Below are positions 51,712-63,335 of a stretch of DNA of 64,000 nucleotides, in pieces; within the stretch, counting starts at the first letter, position 1, and each line of letters begins with the position of its first letter. A program made the translations under genes and the position numbers. Source of the DNA: Terriglobia bacterium (GTDB lineage Bacteria; Acidobacteriota; Polarisedimenticolia; Polarisedimenticolales; JAIQFR01). Under the pieces are notes generated by a model that saw only the letters and a program-made list of their open reading frames with translations, had not been told where the DNA came from and made no database searches. The stretch is taken from the NCBI GenBank assembly GCA_963748015.1, contig CAVVHE010000004.1:896001-960000 (forward strand), in the 5' to 3' direction.

Positions 51712-52989
51712 ATGGCGCTCGAAGGGACCCTCAAGGACTTCGGGCTGGCGGACATCCTCCAGCTCATCGGGATCCAGCGCAAGACCGGCCTCCTGACCGT
51801 CGAGAACGACGAGGATGCGGTCACGGTCAGCTTCATCGACGGGCAGGTCGTCGGCGCGGACACCCGGCGCAGGAACCTCGAGGACCTCCTGGGCTCCGTG
51901 CTCGTCCGGACCGGGAGGATCACCGAGCCGCAGCTCCAGGAGACCCTGCGGGTCCAGAAGTGCACGCTCCAGCGCCTCGGCTACCTGCTGATCCATGCGG
52001 GCCACGTCTCGGAACAGGACCTGCAGGACGCTCTCCGGATCCAGGTCACCCAGATCGTCTACCGTCTCTTCCGGTGGCGCGCCGGCCGCTACCAGTTCGC
52101 CCCCGCCGAGCACATGGAGTACGACCGAGAGCATTTCGTGCCGGTCAGCGCGGAGACCATCCTGATGGAAGGCGCGCGGATGGTCGACGAGTGGCCGATC
52201 ATCGAGCGGCGAATCCGTTCGGGTCAGGTGGTGCTGCGCAAGACGGCCGCCGGTGCCGCGGTGGAAGCGCCCGTCCGCTCGCTCGTGGAAGCGGACATCG
52301 ACCTGGGCCTCACCGGCTCCGCCGAAGCGGGTGAAGGTCCCGCCGAGGTGGAGCTCCTCCCGGAGGCGCGCGAGGTCCTCCGCATGGTGGACGGGCACTC
52401 CAACGTTCAGCTTCTCGCCGAGAGGTGCCCTCTCGGAGAATTCGACACCTACCGGATCCTGTACGAGCTGATGAACCACAACCTGATCGAGGAGGTGCGC
52501 GCCGCGGCGGTGCTCGAGCCCCTGCGCCCGGCCGGGCTGCGGGAGCGGCTGGCAGCGCAGGCCCTCCCGTTGTTGCTGGCGGCCGTCGCGGTCGTCTCCC
52601 TCCTGACCCTCAAATTCAATCCGGCTTCTCCCTGGCGGGTCGAGATGCGAGGAGACACCACGGACCGCCTTCGCACGTTCGCGAGCCGGGCGAGGATCGA
52701 GCGGGTGGAACACGCCGTCCGGGCCTTCTATCTCGATTTCGGCGCGGTCCCCGAGCGCCTCGACGCCCTCGTGCAGAGCGGCTATCTCGAGCGGCCCGAT
52801 CTCCTGGACCCCTGGGGGCGCCCCTACCGCTACCTCCTCGCGCCCGAAGGCTACCGCCTCGAGGGGCTCGACGGCGGCGGCACCGAAAGCGACGAGCTGA
52901 CCGTGCAGCACCGCTTCAGCGCCGCCGAACGGATGGTCCTCGATGGTGCCGCCGCGTCCGCCACTCACGGCGGCCGCGCCCGTCCTTGA
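51712..52989 (+). CDS. DUF4388 protein with TM helix and C-terminal GspG/pseudopilin-like domain
   Basis: MALEGTLKDFGLADILQLI...KTGLL, LFRWRAGRY, MEGARMVDEW; TM helix; PERLDALV...DPWGRPYRY. Confidence 0.85.
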   Translation: MALEGTLKDFGLADILQLIGIQRKTGLLTVENDEDAVTVSFIDGQVVGADTRRRNLEDLLGSVLVRTGRITEPQLQETLRVQKCTLQRLGYLLIHAGHVSEQDLQDALRIQVTQIVYRLFRWRAGRYQFAPAEHMEYDREHFVPVSAETILMEGARMVDEWPIIERRIRSGQVVLRKTAAGAAVEAPVRSLVEADIDLGLTGSAEAGEGPAEVELLPEAREVLRMVDGHSNVQLLAERCPLGEFDTYRILYELMNHNLIEEVRAAAVLEPLRPAGLRERLAAQALPLLLAAVAVVSLLTLKFNPASPWRVEMRGDTTDRLRTFASRARIERVEHAVRAFYLDFGAVPERLDALVQSGYLERPDLLDPWGRPYRYLLAPEGYRLEGLDGGGTESDELTVQHRFSAAERMVLDGAAASATHGGRARP

Positions 52990-53065
52990 CACCCCGATCC
53001 CCGCGTCTTAACTAAACGCTCGCGGCGTCGGTAGGACGATGTGTCCTCCGGCGGGGAGGGGAACC

Positions 53066-54985
<1,920 letters not shown>

Positions 54986-55021
54986 CGGCGCGCCGTCGCC
55001 AGGCCGCGCGGGGAGGAGAGA

Positions 55022-55465
55022 ATGGCCGGCAACGATTGGGATCCGCTGAAGGAGCTCGCGAGCGTACGCGAGCGGATGAACAAGCTCTTCGAGAGCGCCC
55101 TGGCGCGGACCAATTTCGACTCCGAGGCCGGCGCCCTGGCTTGGACTCCGGTCACCGACGTCTACGAGACCCCCGAGCGAATGATCCTCCACGTCGAGCT
55201 GCCCGGGCTCGACCAGGCCGACATCGACGTCCGCGTCGAGCGGGACGAGCTTCTCGTGCAGGGGGAGCGCCGGATGGACCGGGACCCGGCCGGGGAGTTC
55301 CACCGGGTCGAACGATCGTACGGTAAATTCCTTCGCCGCTTCCCGCTCCCGCCGGGGGTGGACCGCGACTCGGTCGAGGCACTCTACCGGGACGGCGTCC
55401 TGACCGTCACCCTGACCAAGCACGACCGCGACCGATCCGGCGCGATCCGGGTTGCCGTGCGGTGA
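55022..55465 (+). CDS. Hsp20/alpha-crystallin small heat shock protein
   Basis: P.TDVYET, ELPG, ERSYGKFLRRFPLP, YRDGVLTV. Confidence 0.95.
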   Translation: MAGNDWDPLKELASVRERMNKLFESALARTNFDSEAGALAWTPVTDVYETPERMILHVELPGLDQADIDVRVERDELLVQGERRMDRDPAGEFHRVERSYGKFLRRFPLPPGVDRDSVEALYRDGVLTVTLTKHDRDRSGAIRVAVR

Positions 55466-55466
55466 C

Positions 55467-55799
55467 ATGCCTCCGAGAGGCCGCAACCCCCAGCGCTCGG
55501 GCTACTACCTGATCAGCTGGGTCGCCCGGACCCACCGCATCCATCCCCAGACCCTGCGGCTCTACGAGCGGGCGGGCCTTCTGGCCCCGGAGCGCTCGGG
55601 GGGCCGGGCACGTCTCTACTCGGACGGCGACCTCGCAAGACTCGAGCTGATTCTGGGATTGACGCGCGATCTCGGCGTCAACCTCGCCGGGGTGGACGTG
55701 ATCCTCCGCCTCCGCGAGAAGGTCGCCGAACTGCAGCGCGAGGTCGTCCGGCTCCGCAAGGGCGCCGCAGCCGCAAGGCGATCCCGCCGCGAGAGTTGA
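55467..55799 (+). CDS. HspR-like MerR-family regulator
   Basis: YLISWVA...IHPQTLRLYERAGLL.P.RS...RLYS, LGVNLAGV; located in the dnaK cluster. Confidence 0.88.
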   Translation: MPPRGRNPQRSGYYLISWVARTHRIHPQTLRLYERAGLLAPERSGGRARLYSDGDLARLELILGLTRDLGVNLAGVDVILRLREKVAELQREVVRLRKGAAAARRSRRES

Positions 55800-55887
55800 C
55801 GCTCGAATGCGCCCGAACCCGTTTCGCCTCCGCTCGGGGGAGCGCTCCTAGCGCGTGCTATACTCACCGCGTTTTTGCGGGAGAGGA

Positions 55888-56745
55888 ATGGATCAAGAAC
55901 GCGAGGAATCGGGCGGATCCAGTTCGGAATCGCTCAAGAAGTACTTGAGGGAGATCTCGCGGCTTCCCCGGGTCACCGCGGAGGAAGAGCGGGTCCTGGG
56001 CCGGCGCATCCAAAAAGGCGACGCGAAGGCGCTCCGGAAGCTCGTCGAGGCGAACCTCCGCTTCGTCGTGTCGTACGCCAAGCGGTACCGGGGGTGCGGC
56101 CTCTCCTTCCTCGACCTCATCAACGAGGGGAACATCGGCCTCATCGAGGCGGCCAAACGGTACGATCCCACCAAGAACGTGAAGTTCATCACCTACGCGG
56201 TGTGGTGGGTGAGGCAGGCGATCATTCACGCGCTGTCCGACCAGAGCGGCGCCTTCAGGCTCCCGCAGAAACAGGCCAACCTCCTCTACCGCATCGGGAA
56301 GGCACAGTCGAGTCTCCGCTCGAAGCTGCGGCGAACGCCGTCGGCCGAGGAGATCGCCCGCGCGATGGAGGTGAGCGTCGAGGAGGTCACCAACCTCCTC
56401 CAGGTTTCGGACGAGAACATTTCCCTTTCCGCGATCATCGACGAGGAGCACGAGTTCCACCTCTCCGACAAGCTGGAGCAGGGGATCATCCCATCCGCCG
56501 ACCTCGTCCTCCTGCGCTCCTCCCTCAAGGGGCTCCTTCGCAAGGCCCTCGACGAGCTGGACGAGAAGGAGGATCGGGTCATCCGCCTCCGGTTCGGGCT
56601 CGACGGCGCCGATCCGAAGACGCTCAAGGAGATCGGCGAGATGATGAACCTCTCGAGAGAGCGGATCCGGCAGATCGAGGCGCAGGCGATCGAGAAGCTG
56701 AACCGCTCCCAGAAGTGCCAGCAGCTTCGCGGGTATCTCAACTGA
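55888..56745 (+). CDS. RpoD/RpoS-like sigma70 factor lacking region 1.1 (285 aa)
   Basis: YLREI, ANLRFVV, DLINEGNIGL, KFITYAVWWVRQAI, LSRERIRQIE. Confidence 0.93.
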   Translation: MDQEREESGGSSSESLKKYLREISRLPRVTAEEERVLGRRIQKGDAKALRKLVEANLRFVVSYAKRYRGCGLSFLDLINEGNIGLIEAAKRYDPTKNVKFITYAVWWVRQAIIHALSDQSGAFRLPQKQANLLYRIGKAQSSLRSKLRRTPSAEEIARAMEVSVEEVTNLLQVSDENISLSAIIDEEHEFHLSDKLEQGIIPSADLVLLRSSLKGLLRKALDELDEKEDRVIRLRFGLDGADPKTLKEIGEMMNLSRERIRQIEAQAIEKLNRSQKCQQLRGYLN

Positions 56746-56797
56746 CCACGCCGCGGCCGGCGCGCTGCTCCAACCGGTCCGCTCGCGGAGGCCACCG

Positions 56798-57544
56798 ATG
56801 ACGGCGTCCTGCCCGCTCTGCCACGGAACCGGATTCGAGATCCGGACCCGCCCCGACGGCCTCTCGGCCGCGGTGGAGTGCGAGTGCGGCCGGCAGGGAA
56901 AGGGAGACGCGCTCCTCCGCGCCGCCCGGATTCCGAAGCGCTACGACCACTGCTCTCTCGACTCCTTCGAGATCCACGATCCGAGCCACGAGGCGGCGCT
57001 CCGCGTCGCGCGCGAGTGGATCGAGCGCTGGCCCGACCGGACGGAACAGGGGTTGCTCTACTTCGGGGAGCCCGGCACGGGCAAGACCCACCTGATGGTG
57101 GGCCTCGCCCGGGAGCTCGTCCGCACGAAGGGAGCGCGCGTGCTGTTCTACGAGCAGCGCCAGCTCTTGAAGGACATCCAAGCGACCTTCGACGCCGGGG
57201 CCGCCCGCACCGAGTGGGACGTGATGGGCCCGGTGTTCGACGCCGAGGTCCTCGTGCTCGACGACCTGGGCGCGGGGCGGACGACGCCCTGGGCGCGCGA
57301 CGTGATGCACGACCTCATCGCCCACCGCTACAACGAGAGACTCCCCCTGATCATGACGTCCAACAGGCCGACCGGCGAGGAAGAGGATCCGCGTCCCGCC
57401 GATCCCTCGCTCGTCGAAGGGCTCACCCTCCGAGACCGTCTCGGCGAGGCGCTGATGTCGCGGCTGTACGAGATGTGCCTGATCGTCCGCGTGGGCGGCA
57501 AGGATTTCCGGCGGGGAGTGCTGCACGCAAGACATCGATTCTGA
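56798..57544 (+). CDS. DnaC/IstB-like AAA+ ATPase with N-terminal zinc motif
   Basis: CPLC...CEC, IPKRY, GEPGTGKTHL, LVLDDLG, RYN...TSN, SRLYEM, DFR. Confidence 0.88.
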   Translation: MTASCPLCHGTGFEIRTRPDGLSAAVECECGRQGKGDALLRAARIPKRYDHCSLDSFEIHDPSHEAALRVAREWIERWPDRTEQGLLYFGEPGTGKTHLMVGLARELVRTKGARVLFYEQRQLLKDIQATFDAGAARTEWDVMGPVFDAEVLVLDDLGAGRTTPWARDVMHDLIAHRYNERLPLIMTSNRPTGEEEDPRPADPSLVEGLTLRDRLGEALMSRLYEMCLIVRVGGKDFRRGVLHARHRF

Positions 57545-57581
57545 GACGGCCGCGCACGCGCGCGTCCCGGAGAGGCAAGCC

Positions 57582-58373
57582 ATGGACCGTGCCGAATTCA
57601 CCAACCTCCTCTGCGAGGTCCGCGACCGCACCTACTGGCTGACCGTCCACCGTCCCGACAAGCTCAACGCGCTGAATCGCGAGACCATGACCGAGATCGG
57701 GGAGGCCATCCGCGCCGCGGTGGCGGACCCCTCCGTGGGCGCCATCGTCGTCACGGGGGCGGGGGAGAAAGCCTTCGTCGCGGGGGCGGACATCGCGGAG
57801 ATGAGCAAGATGGACCCGGCGGAGGCCCGGGCGTTCTCCCGCTTCCTGCAGGAAGTCCTGGACCGGATCGAGCACTCTCCGAAACCTGTCGTGGCGGCGG
57901 TGAACGGGTACGCGCTCGGCGGAGGCCTCGAGCTCGCGATGGCCTGTCACGTCCGTATCGCCTCCGACGGCGCGCGGTTCGGCCAGCCCGAGGTCGGCCT
58001 CGGGCTGATACCGGGAGCCGGCGGGACGCAGCGCCTCCCGAGAATCGTGGGGCGTGGAGCCGCCCTGAGCCTCATCCTGAGCGGCGAGATGATCGGTGCC
58101 GCCGAGGCGCTGAGGCTCGGCCTGGTCAGCAGGGTCGTTCCCGCCGCAGCGCTCCGCGAAACCGTCGAGGCCTTCGCCGCGACGCTGAATTCGAAGAGTC
58201 CGGTGGCGCTCGCGCGAGCGCTCGAGGCGGTGATCTCCGGGGTCGAGTTGCCCCTCGTCGAATCGCAGCGGCTCGAGGCGGCCCTCTTCGCCCTCTGTTT
58301 CGCCGGCGAGGACATGCGCGAGGGAACGGCGGCGTTCCTCGAGAAGCGAAAGCCTTCCTTCCCCGGAAGGTAG
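57582..58373 (+). CDS. Enoyl-CoA hydratase (crotonase)
   Basis: RPDKLNALN, AFVAGADI, GGGLELAMAC, QPEVGLG, GGTQRL. Confidence 0.95.
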   Translation: MDRAEFTNLLCEVRDRTYWLTVHRPDKLNALNRETMTEIGEAIRAAVADPSVGAIVVTGAGEKAFVAGADIAEMSKMDPAEARAFSRFLQEVLDRIEHSPKPVVAAVNGYALGGGLELAMACHVRIASDGARFGQPEVGLGLIPGAGGTQRLPRIVGRGAALSLILSGEMIGAAEALRLGLVSRVVPAAALRETVEAFAATLNSKSPVALARALEAVISGVELPLVESQRLEAALFALCFAGEDMREGTAAFLEKRKPSFPGR

Positions 58374-58379
58374 TCGCCG

Positions 58380-60323
58380 GTGTGGCGGCTCAGGTTCTTC
58401 CGGATCCTCGTCCCGGCGCTGCTGGTGCCGTTCGTGGTCGTGCTGTTCCTGATGATGCGGGAGCGCCCCGGCTCCCAAACCCCGTCGGAGGGTGCGCGCC
58501 CCTTCCCCGGCGCGCGGGCCGAGCGCATCGAGTTGACGGACCTCCTCGGCGGCTCGAGGCGCGGCTCCATCACGGCCCGGGTCTTCCAGTGGGATGACCA
58601 GGGGCGCCTCCACCTCGAGGGAATCGAGAAGCTGGTGATCGACCGGGAGGAGGGGCCTCCGCTGGTCGTGAGCGCGGAGCGCGGAGGGGTCGAGGGATCA
58701 CCCGGAAACCGCCTGATGCGACTCGAGGGGGGCGTGAGCGTCCGCGAGGAGGAGGAAGGCCTCGCCGTCTCCCTCCCAACCCTCGAGGTGAACGAGGCGG
58801 CGGGAGAGGCGCGCTCCATCGGCGAGGTGGCGGTCGAGGACCCCTCCTACAAGGGCCGGGCCACGGAGGTCGTTTACGGCCTCCGCGGTCAACCGACCGT
58901 CCTTTCGGGCTTCGAGATCGCCGGCAAGGACGGCTCGAGCCTGTCCGCCCAGAAGGCCACGCTGCTCGACGGACCGAGAGACGTGGAACTCTCGGGAGAG
59001 GTCCGGGGCGAGGGCCTCGGCTGGCGGCTCGTCGCCGGCCGTCTCCGGGTCAAGAGAGACAAGGCCGGGAAGTTGCGGCACGCGGCCGCCGCCGAGGAGG
59101 TCGCCGGGACCCGCGTCGCGCCGGGCGGCCAGGCCGGCCGCTTCGCGGCCGACCGCGTCGAGGCGTCCTGGGACGAGGCGGGAAGCCCCGAGACGATCGT
59201 GCTCGACGGGAAGGCGCGCGTGCAGCGCGGCGGCGAGGCCCTCTCGGCGGGACGCATCGAGGCCACGAGATCGGCGGCCGGGGGGTGGGGGAGCCGCGCG
59301 TTCGGTGCCGTGCGCGCGGCGGCACTCTGGAAGGACGCGCCCGCCGTGATGCAGTCCGAGAGCCTGGCGGCGAGCATGGACGCGAAGGGAGGACTCCTGC
59401 GCGCCGAGCTCGACGGGAACGTGCGCTTCGAGGGGAGCGGCGCCTCGGGGGAGGCCGCGCACCTGACCTTCGTCCCGGGAGTGCGCGGCGAGGCCACCCT
59501 GGTCTCCGGGCCCGGACGGCGAGCGCGTCTCGCGCGCGACCGGACGCGCGTCGCCGCGGACACCTTGACCACCGACCCCGAGGGAACGGAGTTGACGGCC
59601 CGTGGGCGCGTCGAGTCCACCCTGCTTCCGGCCGCGGCGCCTTCCGGACCCGCCGCGCAGGCCGGCGGGCTGTTCGTGGAGGGGCAGGCGGTGCACTTCG
59701 TGTCCGGCAAGCTCCGGAGCTTCGGGCCCGAGAACCGGCTCGAGTTCGACGGCGAGGTGCGCGGGTGGCAAGGCGAGCGAAACCTCTCCGCGGACCACGT
59801 CGAGGTGAGACAGCGGCCCGAGGAGCTTCACGCCAGCGGGAGCGTGGCCACCCGGATACCGAGGGACCGCGGGGCCTCGACCTCCGAAGCGGATTACATC
59901 AAGGTCACGGCTGGCCAGCTCGACTACCGCGCGGCCGACCGCAAGGCGGTCTACAGCGGCAACGTGCGCGCCCGGCAGGCGGAGGGCTGGCTCGAGGCAG
60001 CAGGCCTCGAGATCCTCTTTTCCAGCGAGAAGGGGGACGTCCGCGAGATGACGGCTTCGGGGGACGTCCGCTTCGAATTCCACTCCACGGCGAGCGGCGC
60101 GATGCCACAGCCGGTGACGGGAGACGGCGACCGGATCGAGTACACCCCCGGCGAGAGCTTGATTCGCCTGTTCGGCGACGAGGGTCCCGCGACCGTCCGG
60201 CGAGCCGGCGCGCAGGGGGGCACGACCACGGGACGGGTGCTACGCTATCGCCTCGATCTGGGCACCATCGAGGTCGAGTCCGGCGACCGGAATCGAGCGC
60301 GAATCCGGACTCCCGGCAGGTGA
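58380..60323 (+). CDS. Long LptC/LptA (OstA-like beta-jellyroll) LPS export protein
   Basis: N-terminal TM helix, repeated beta-rich segments ([18 protein letters not shown]), directly upstream of lptB. Confidence 0.75.
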   Translation: MWRLRFFRILVPALLVPFVVVLFLMMRERPGSQTPSEGARPFPGARAERIELTDLLGGSRRGSITARVFQWDDQGRLHLEGIEKLVIDREEGPPLVVSAERGGVEGSPGNRLMRLEGGVSVREEEEGLAVSLPTLEVNEAAGEARSIGEVAVEDPSYKGRATEVVYGLRGQPTVLSGFEIAGKDGSSLSAQKATLLDGPRDVELSGEVRGEGLGWRLVAGRLRVKRDKAGKLRHAAAAEEVAGTRVAPGGQAGRFAADRVEASWDEAGSPETIVLDGKARVQRGGEALSAGRIEATRSAAGGWGSRAFGAVRAAALWKDAPAVMQSESLAASMDAKGGLLRAELDGNVRFEGSGASGEAAHLTFVPGVRGEATLVSGPGRRARLARDRTRVAADTLTTDPEGTELTARGRVESTLLPAAAPSGPAAQAGGLFVEGQAVHFVSGKLRSFGPENRLEFDGEVRGWQGERNLSADHVEVRQRPEELHASGSVATRIPRDRGASTSEADYIKVTAGQLDYRAADRKAVYSGNVRARQAEGWLEAAGLEILFSSEKGDVREMTASGDVRFEFHSTASGAMPQPVTGDGDRIEYTPGESLIRLFGDEGPATVRRAGAQGGTTTGRVLRYRLDLGTIEVESGDRNRARIRTPGR

Positions 60324-60330
60324 GGACGAC

Positions 60331-61091
60331 GTGAGGGAGGCGGCCGAGGCGACGGCGGCGGGAAACGGCGCGGGCCTGGTCGCCGAGAATCTCGCCAAGA
60401 CGTACCGGAGACGGACCGTCGTGGACGGGGTCACGGTGCGTATTCTCCCGGGCGAGGTCGTGGGCCTGCTCGGACCGAATGGCGCCGGCAAGACCACCTC
60501 GTTCTACCTCATCCTGGGACTGGTCCCGCCCAGCGCGGAAGGGTCCTCCTCGACGGCCGAGACATCACCGCCATGCCGATGTACCTGAGGGCCCGCCACG
60601 GGATCGGATACCTTCCGCAGGAAGCCTCCATTTTCCGGCGCATGACGGTCGAGCAGAACCTCCTGGCGATCCTGGAGGTCCGGGGAGCCGACGCGGCGTT
60701 CTCCCGGCAGCGCTGCGGAGAGCTAATGGAGGAATTCGGGTTGAAGCACGTCGCCAAGACTCCCGGATACGCCCTGTCCGGGGGAGAGCGGCGCCGCGCG
60801 GAGATCGCCCGGGCCCTGGCCAGCGAGCCGCGCTACATGCTCCTCGACGAGCCGTTCGCCGGCATCGACCCCATCGCGGTGGCCGATCTCCAGCAGGTCG
60901 TGGTCCGGCTGCGCGGGCGCGGCATCGGGGTCCTGATCACCGACCACAACGTGCGAGAAACTTTGCAGATCACCGATCGGGCGTATATTATCAGCCAGGG
61001 TCGTATCTTTCGTGACGGAACGCCCGCGGATCTGGCCGCAGACGCGGAAGTCCGCAGGGTTTACCTGGGAGAGCATTTCCGGCTCCACTGA
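60331..61091 (+). CDS. lptB: LPS export ABC transporter ATPase LptB (single-G frameshift at about 60537)
   Basis: [55 protein letters not shown]. Confidence 0.93.
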
Positions 61092-61112
61092 GCCGGGCAC
61101 GCGCCGAGGCTG

Positions 61113-62555
61113 ATGGCCCTCGAACAAAAACTAAGCGTCCGGATGAGCCAGCGGCTCATCATGACGCCATCGCTGCAGCAGGCCATCAAGCTGCTGCAGA
61201 TGTCGAAGCTCGAGCTCACCGACGAGATCCAGCAGGAGCTCGTCGAGAACCCCGTTCTCGAGGAAGTCCTCGAGGAGCCCGCCCCTCCGGACCGCGCCGA
61301 GAGCGAGACCCGCGCGGAGGAGAAGGCCCCGGCCGAGGAGGGGCCCAAGGATCCCTTCGAGGAGATCGACTACGAGTCCTACTTCCAGGACACCGAGGGG
61401 GGATACGTCCCGCGGGGAATGGCGGAGTCCAACGAGGATCTTCCGTCCTTCGAGAACGTCCTGACCCGTCCCCAGAACCTCGCCGATCACCTGACGTGGC
61501 AGCTCGACATGTCCACGTCGTCGGATATCCGCAAGGAAATCGGTCGCGCGATCATCGGCAACCTCAACGAGGACGGTTATCTCCGCGCGTCGCTGGACGA
61601 GATCCGGGAGATGGGCACCTACCCGGCGGAAGAGGTCGAGACGACGCTCTCGGTGATCCAGTCGCTCGACCCGGTGGGCGTGGCCGCCCGCGACCTCGTC
61701 GAGTGCCTGTGCCTCCAGCTCCGGCACTTCGGCCAGGCGGGGACCGCCGCCGAGACGATCGTCCGGCACCACCTCGACAAGCTGCAAAACCGCCGGTACA
61801 AGGAGCTGGCCGAGATCCTCGGCCTCGACCTCGAGGACCTGCAGGCCGAGGTCGAGATCATTCGCCACCTCGATCCGCGTCCCGGACAGAAGTACAACGT
61901 CGACAGCAGCCGGTACGTCGTTCCCGACGTCTACGTCGTCAAGATCGGCGACGATTACCAGATCCTCCTGAACGAGGAAGGCCTCCCCCGGCTGCGCATC
62001 AGCCCGGTCTACCGCCGCATGGTCGAGCGCGGAGCCTCGGCGAGCACCCCCACCGACGCCAAGGACTACGTGCGGAACAAGCTTCGCTCGGCCTTCCGCC
62101 TGATCAAGAGCCTCGAGGAGCGCCAGAGGACCATCTTCAAGGTGGCCCGCTCCATCGTGACGTTCCAGAAGGACTTCCTCGATCTCGGCATCGAGCACTT
62201 GCGCCCGCTGGTTCTCAAGGACGTCGCCGACGACATCGGCATGCACGAATCCACGGTGAGCCGCGTGGTGAACAACAAGTACATGCACACCCACCGCGGG
62301 CTCTTCGAGATGCGCTTCTTCTTCCACAGCGGGATCTCGTCCTCGAACCAGAGCGAGAACGTCTCGTCCCTGGCGGTCAAGGATCGCATCCGGAAGATCA
62401 TCGGCGCGGAGGACGCCAAGCGCCCGCTCTCGGACGCGGCCATCGTCAAGATCCTCCGTGCGGAGGGTCTGGACATCGCCCGCAGGACCGTGGCCAAGTA
62501 CCGCGAGGAGCTCAAGATCCCCGCTTCAAGCAGCCGGAAGGAGGCCTTCCGCTGA
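61113..62555 (+). CDS. rpoN: RNA polymerase sigma-54 factor
   Basis: MTPSLQQAIKLLQ, MHESTVSR, RpoN box ARRTVAKYRE. Confidence 0.98.
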   Translation: MALEQKLSVRMSQRLIMTPSLQQAIKLLQMSKLELTDEIQQELVENPVLEEVLEEPAPPDRAESETRAEEKAPAEEGPKDPFEEIDYESYFQDTEGGYVPRGMAESNEDLPSFENVLTRPQNLADHLTWQLDMSTSSDIRKEIGRAIIGNLNEDGYLRASLDEIREMGTYPAEEVETTLSVIQSLDPVGVAARDLVECLCLQLRHFGQAGTAAETIVRHHLDKLQNRRYKELAEILGLDLEDLQAEVEIIRHLDPRPGQKYNVDSSRYVVPDVYVVKIGDDYQILLNEEGLPRLRISPVYRRMVERGASASTPTDAKDYVRNKLRSAFRLIKSLEERQRTIFKVARSIVTFQKDFLDLGIEHLRPLVLKDVADDIGMHESTVSRVVNNKYMHTHRGLFEMRFFFHSGISSSNQSENVSSLAVKDRIRKIIGAEDAKRPLSDAAIVKILRAEGLDIARRTVAKYREELKIPASSSRKEAFR

Positions 62556-62577
62556 ACCGGCCCCCTCGGAGGAGATC

Positions 62578-63138
62578 ATGAAGATCGACATCACCGGCCG
62601 ACAGATCGAGATCACGCCCGCACTGCGCGAGTTCACGATGGAGAAGCTGCGCAAGCTCGAGAAGCTCCTCGACGGCCCGCTGGACGTTCACGTGGTGCTC
62701 GCGGTGGAGAAGCACCGCCACCTCGCCGAGATCCAGGTCAAGTCGAGAACGGCCGTCCTGTCGGGCGCCGAGGAGACCGGCGATCTGTACGCCTCGATCG
62801 GCGAGGTCGCGGACAAGCTCGAGCGTCAGGCCCTGAAGCACAAGGAGAAGGTCACCGAGAAGAAGCGGCGGGAGGGGACGCGCGCGTCCGAGGCCGTCGC
62901 GGCCCTGACGGTGCGGGAGGAGGCCGCCGAGAGGGAAACGACGCGGCAGGAGCTGCCGGCCCGGATTCTCGAGAGCCGCCGCTACCGGCTCAAGCCGCTG
63001 TCCGCCGAGGACGCGGTGATGGAGCTGGAGGCCACCGGCGAGGAGCTCCTGGTGTACCGCGATGCCCGCACCTACAGGGTCAACGTCGTCCACCGCCGCA
63101 AGGACGGGAATTTCGGGCTCGTCGATCCCGAGTTCTGA
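62578..63138 (+). CDS. hpf: Ribosome hibernation factor HPF/RaiA (long form)
   Basis: ITGRQIEITPALR, DLYASI, LERQ..KHK, C-terminal KPLSAEDA...NVVHRRKDGNFGL. Confidence 0.95.
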   Translation: MKIDITGRQIEITPALREFTMEKLRKLEKLLDGPLDVHVVLAVEKHRHLAEIQVKSRTAVLSGAEETGDLYASIGEVADKLERQALKHKEKVTEKKRREGTRASEAVAALTVREEAAERETTRQELPARILESRRYRLKPLSAEDAVMELEATGEELLVYRDARTYRVNVVHRRKDGNFGLVDPEF

Positions 63139-63173
63139 GAACCGGCGGCGCCGCGCCGGGAGGCGGCGCTCGC

Positions 63174-63202
63174 TTGACCCCTTCCGGGCTCCCTGGTAGC
63201 TT
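63174..63202 (+). promoter_or_regulatory. sigma70-like promoter upstream of the mutase gene
   Basis: TTGACC-17-TAGCTT. Confidence 0.55.
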
Positions 63203-63335
63203 TTGGACTCGCGCGGAGTAGCGGAGGTGTGCTCGCCTTCGTGCCGGCATGCCTCGGCCCGAGGCCTGGTGACCGGGCGCTTCGGCGAGACTGGCCCGCG
63301 GCCTCCCGGGCGGCCGCGGTGGAGACGCTCTTCCG

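Noticed and set aside
52990..53065. HAIR or CIRCE operator upstream of dnaK
   Set aside because: Only a weak half-site resemblance (CTTAACT) with no matching inverted half.
63203..63335. Cobalamin riboswitch upstream of the mutase
   Set aside because: I could not find the conserved B12-box or GGGAA...GCCACTG elements.
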